Source: Nitrospinales bacterium (GTDB lineage Bacteria > Nitrospinota > Nitrospinia > Nitrospinales > VA-1). From it: a stretch of DNA of 64,000 nt. Both the position numbers and the translations under genes were made by a program. The notes beneath the pieces were generated by a model, which searched no databases, was not told the origin of the DNA, and saw only the letters and a program-made list of their open reading frames with translations. Each line of letters begins with the position of its first letter. Position 1 is the stretch's first letter. Shown here piece by piece: positions 62,118 to 64,000 of the stretch. The stretch spans positions 2,080,001-2,144,000 of the forward strand of contig CBDCWG010000012.1 in assembly GCA_965223345.1 (NCBI GenBank), read 5' to 3'.

Positions 62118-63179
62118 ATGAAAAGCTTCCTAGCCCTTGTCTGGATCGGGATCCTGGTTTTATCCGCCGCTCCGGCTCAGGGGGCGAAATCCGCCGAAGA
62201 CTGGTACGCCAGGGGATTCGAGCAATCCCTGAACGGACACAGCGAGCGCGCGCTGCAATCCTACCGCCGGGCTTTGCAGCTCAAACCCGGCTGGGCCGAA
62301 GCGCACCATCAACTGGCGGTGCTCTACTACCGGCTGAAGGACGGCGTGCGGGCTGTCCATCATCTGCGCCAAGCCGAACGATTCTATCTGAAGGGCGACG
62401 ACGATCAAAGTCAAAAAAATCTGACGATCGTGCGGCGCAACCTGAAAAAGGCATACGCGGATTTCGACCTCAACCCCGAAGATTTCGCCGAGATGGATGC
62501 GCTGCACCCGCCGCCGCAGGGAGAGAAATGGCGAAGCGCGGGGGCCGGGTTCCTGTTCGGCGAGCAGGGATACATCCTGACGCTCAACCAGTTCGTTCAG
62601 GGGGCCAGGGGGGTGCGTGTGCGTTTTGCGGATAACCGGACGCTGCGCGCCCGGCTGATCAAATCCTACCTCGTTTACGATCTGGCGCTGTTGCGGCTCG
62701 ACCCGCCGCCCGCATCCCCCATGAAGACGCTGCGGTTCGCGGACCCCTCCTCGGTGCAGGTCGGGCAAACGGTGTATGCGCTGGACATCGGTGCCAGCGG
62801 AGAGACATCCGTTGTGAAACAGGGCCGCCTGCTGGCGCTGGCCGCGATCAAGAGAAGGGATAAAAACCTGATCGAGTCGGATCTGCCGTTCGATGTCAGG
62901 CAACTGGGCACGCCGTTGTTCGATGCAGCGGGCCGGGTCGTCGGCATGCAGCTTTCCAAGGGGCGGGCGCTGGCGGCGTTCCGGTCGCACGGGAAAATGC
63001 CGGAAGGCGAGCTCGCGCTCAACGTTTCCTACATCCGCCGGGTGCTGTCGCATGTGCCGGGAGTCCGTCTGCCGCGCAAGCAAGCGCAACGCACCGCCGC
63101 GCCGCCCGCCGCGCAGAATGCGGAGGAGCGTGTGAAGCAGGCGCGCGGCAGTCTGCTGACGATCGAGATCGACCGATGA
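62118..63179 (+). CDS. exported TPR plus trypsin-like domain protein lacking the catalytic His and Ser
   Basis: TPR (YRRALQLKPGWAEAHHQLA); GAGFL...GYILTLNQ, DLALL, RQLGTPLFDAAGRVVGM. Confidence 0.75.
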   Translation: MKSFLALVWIGILVLSAAPAQGAKSAEDWYARGFEQSLNGHSERALQSYRRALQLKPGWAEAHHQLAVLYYRLKDGVRAVHHLRQAERFYLKGDDDQSQKNLTIVRRNLKKAYADFDLNPEDFAEMDALHPPPQGEKWRSAGAGFLFGEQGYILTLNQFVQGARGVRVRFADNRTLRARLIKSYLVYDLALLRLDPPPASPMKTLRFADPSSVQVGQTVYALDIGASGETSVVKQGRLLALAAIKRRDKNLIESDLPFDVRQLGTPLFDAAGRVVGMQLSKGRALAAFRSHGKMPEGELALNVSYIRRVLSHVPGVRLPRKQAQRTAAPPAAQNAEERVKQARGSLLTIEIDR

Positions 63180-63832
63180 GACGCCTCTCAACAACGCACT
63201 GGATCGCGGCGTGTGTCCTTTTGCTGTGGAGCGGAACGGGGCAGGGGGCCGAGATCAGCGTCGGGCTCACGGGTGATCTCGAGTATCCCGGACTGTTCAC
63301 CCTCAAAGGCGAAGGGCAGGAAGCGGGACGCTTGTGTTTTCTGAGCGAGGAAGCGCACGGCTATCTGGATCCGGAGTTTCTGGGAACCCTGTCCGCCGGG
63401 GGCATTCCGGAAGGCGCTTACCGGGTATCGCCCGCCTTGCCGGAAGAGCAGTGGCCGGTCGGCGAGTTTGTGAAATTCGGGGCGCTGCGCCTGCTGCCCG
63501 AAACCGAGGCGGCGGCGCAACAACTTGCGGCTCTGGACAAGAAAGGGATCGCGGTGCACGGGCGGGATTTTTATCCGCTCGCGGTGCGCGTGACAGACAA
63601 CTCCAAGATGGTGCGCTTTGTCAGCGACCGGCTGTTCGAGCAGTTGTCCGGGCGCTGGGGGGCGCTCAGAATTTCCAACTGGGACATGGGGCGGCTATAC
63701 GATTTTTATTCGAAAACCAGCGCCGCGCGCGAGAGCTGGAACGTGCGCGTGGTGCGGGCGGAACTCGCAACGGTCCGCAACATCTGCGAACCGCTGAAAG
63801 TGCAGCGCCGGCTGGGCATGCCGCCGGAGTGA
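63176..63832 (+). CDS. exported hypothetical protein with L,D-transpeptidase-like motifs
   Basis: Signal peptide, IPEGAYRV, GIAVHG, WGALRISNWDMGRLYD; ATGA overlap with the upstream gene. Confidence 0.6.
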   Translation: MRRLSTTHWIAACVLLLWSGTGQGAEISVGLTGDLEYPGLFTLKGEGQEAGRLCFLSEEAHGYLDPEFLGTLSAGGIPEGAYRVSPALPEEQWPVGEFVKFGALRLLPETEAAAQQLAALDKKGIAVHGRDFYPLAVRVTDNSKMVRFVSDRLFEQLSGRWGALRISNWDMGRLYDFYSKTSAARESWNVRVVRAELATVRNICEPLKVQRRLGMPPE

Positions 63833-63863
63833 GTGATCTGTTCATATTGATCCAAGTTGATGC

Positions 63864-63935
63864 TCACTCTTTCGACAGGAATCCGCCGATAAAAGCGGCC
63901 AGCGCCAGAAGCAGCATGAATACGATTTCGAGCAT
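63864..63935 (-). CDS. 23-aa hydrophobic small peptide
   Basis: MLEIVFMLLLALAAFIGGFLSKE*; GAGGTG RBS just upstream; not in the ORF track. Confidence 0.45.
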   Translation of the reverse strand: MLEIVFMLLLALAAFIGGFLSKE

Positions 63936-64000
63936 GATCTCACCTCAAAAGTAAGTCACTCATACCTTTATTCTACTCCTTTGCAACCGTGTTGGGGAGA

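Overview
GC-rich bacterial chromosome segment; gene content and style suggest a Nitrospina-like organism (inference, not verified). Bases 1-14300 look like an old accessory island anchored at the 3' end of tRNA-Glu(CTC). It holds the start of a GAK-system-type operon (PHP-like protein, amphi-Trp protein, PhoU-kinase fusion), an HtrA protease, a truncated YHS/CopA-like fragment, a CusCBA-type efflux operon led by a small CxxC/Pro-tail ORF, two tandem AT-rich methyltransferase paralogs and a decayed P4-type integrase. The rest is mostly housekeeping: rsmD, mnmA, suhB, speA, lysA, ald, dnaE, ilvD, mutM, grpE, hrcA, argB, hslUV and a frameshifted xerC. The best candidates for undescribed systems are (i) a five-gene operon built around a Rieske-less cytochrome b with a PPW in place of PEWY, plus CYCxC, TlpA and glutaredoxin-like partners (29642-32541), (ii) CruR/CutF-like leader ORFs at the cus operon, and (iii) an overlapping pair of apparently catalytically dead enzymes (62118-63832). 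An orphan EB_dh heme-b lipoprotein and three small membrane ORFs missing from the ORF track are also reported. No CRISPR array or rRNA was seen. All product calls come from motif recognition by eye; no database searches were run.
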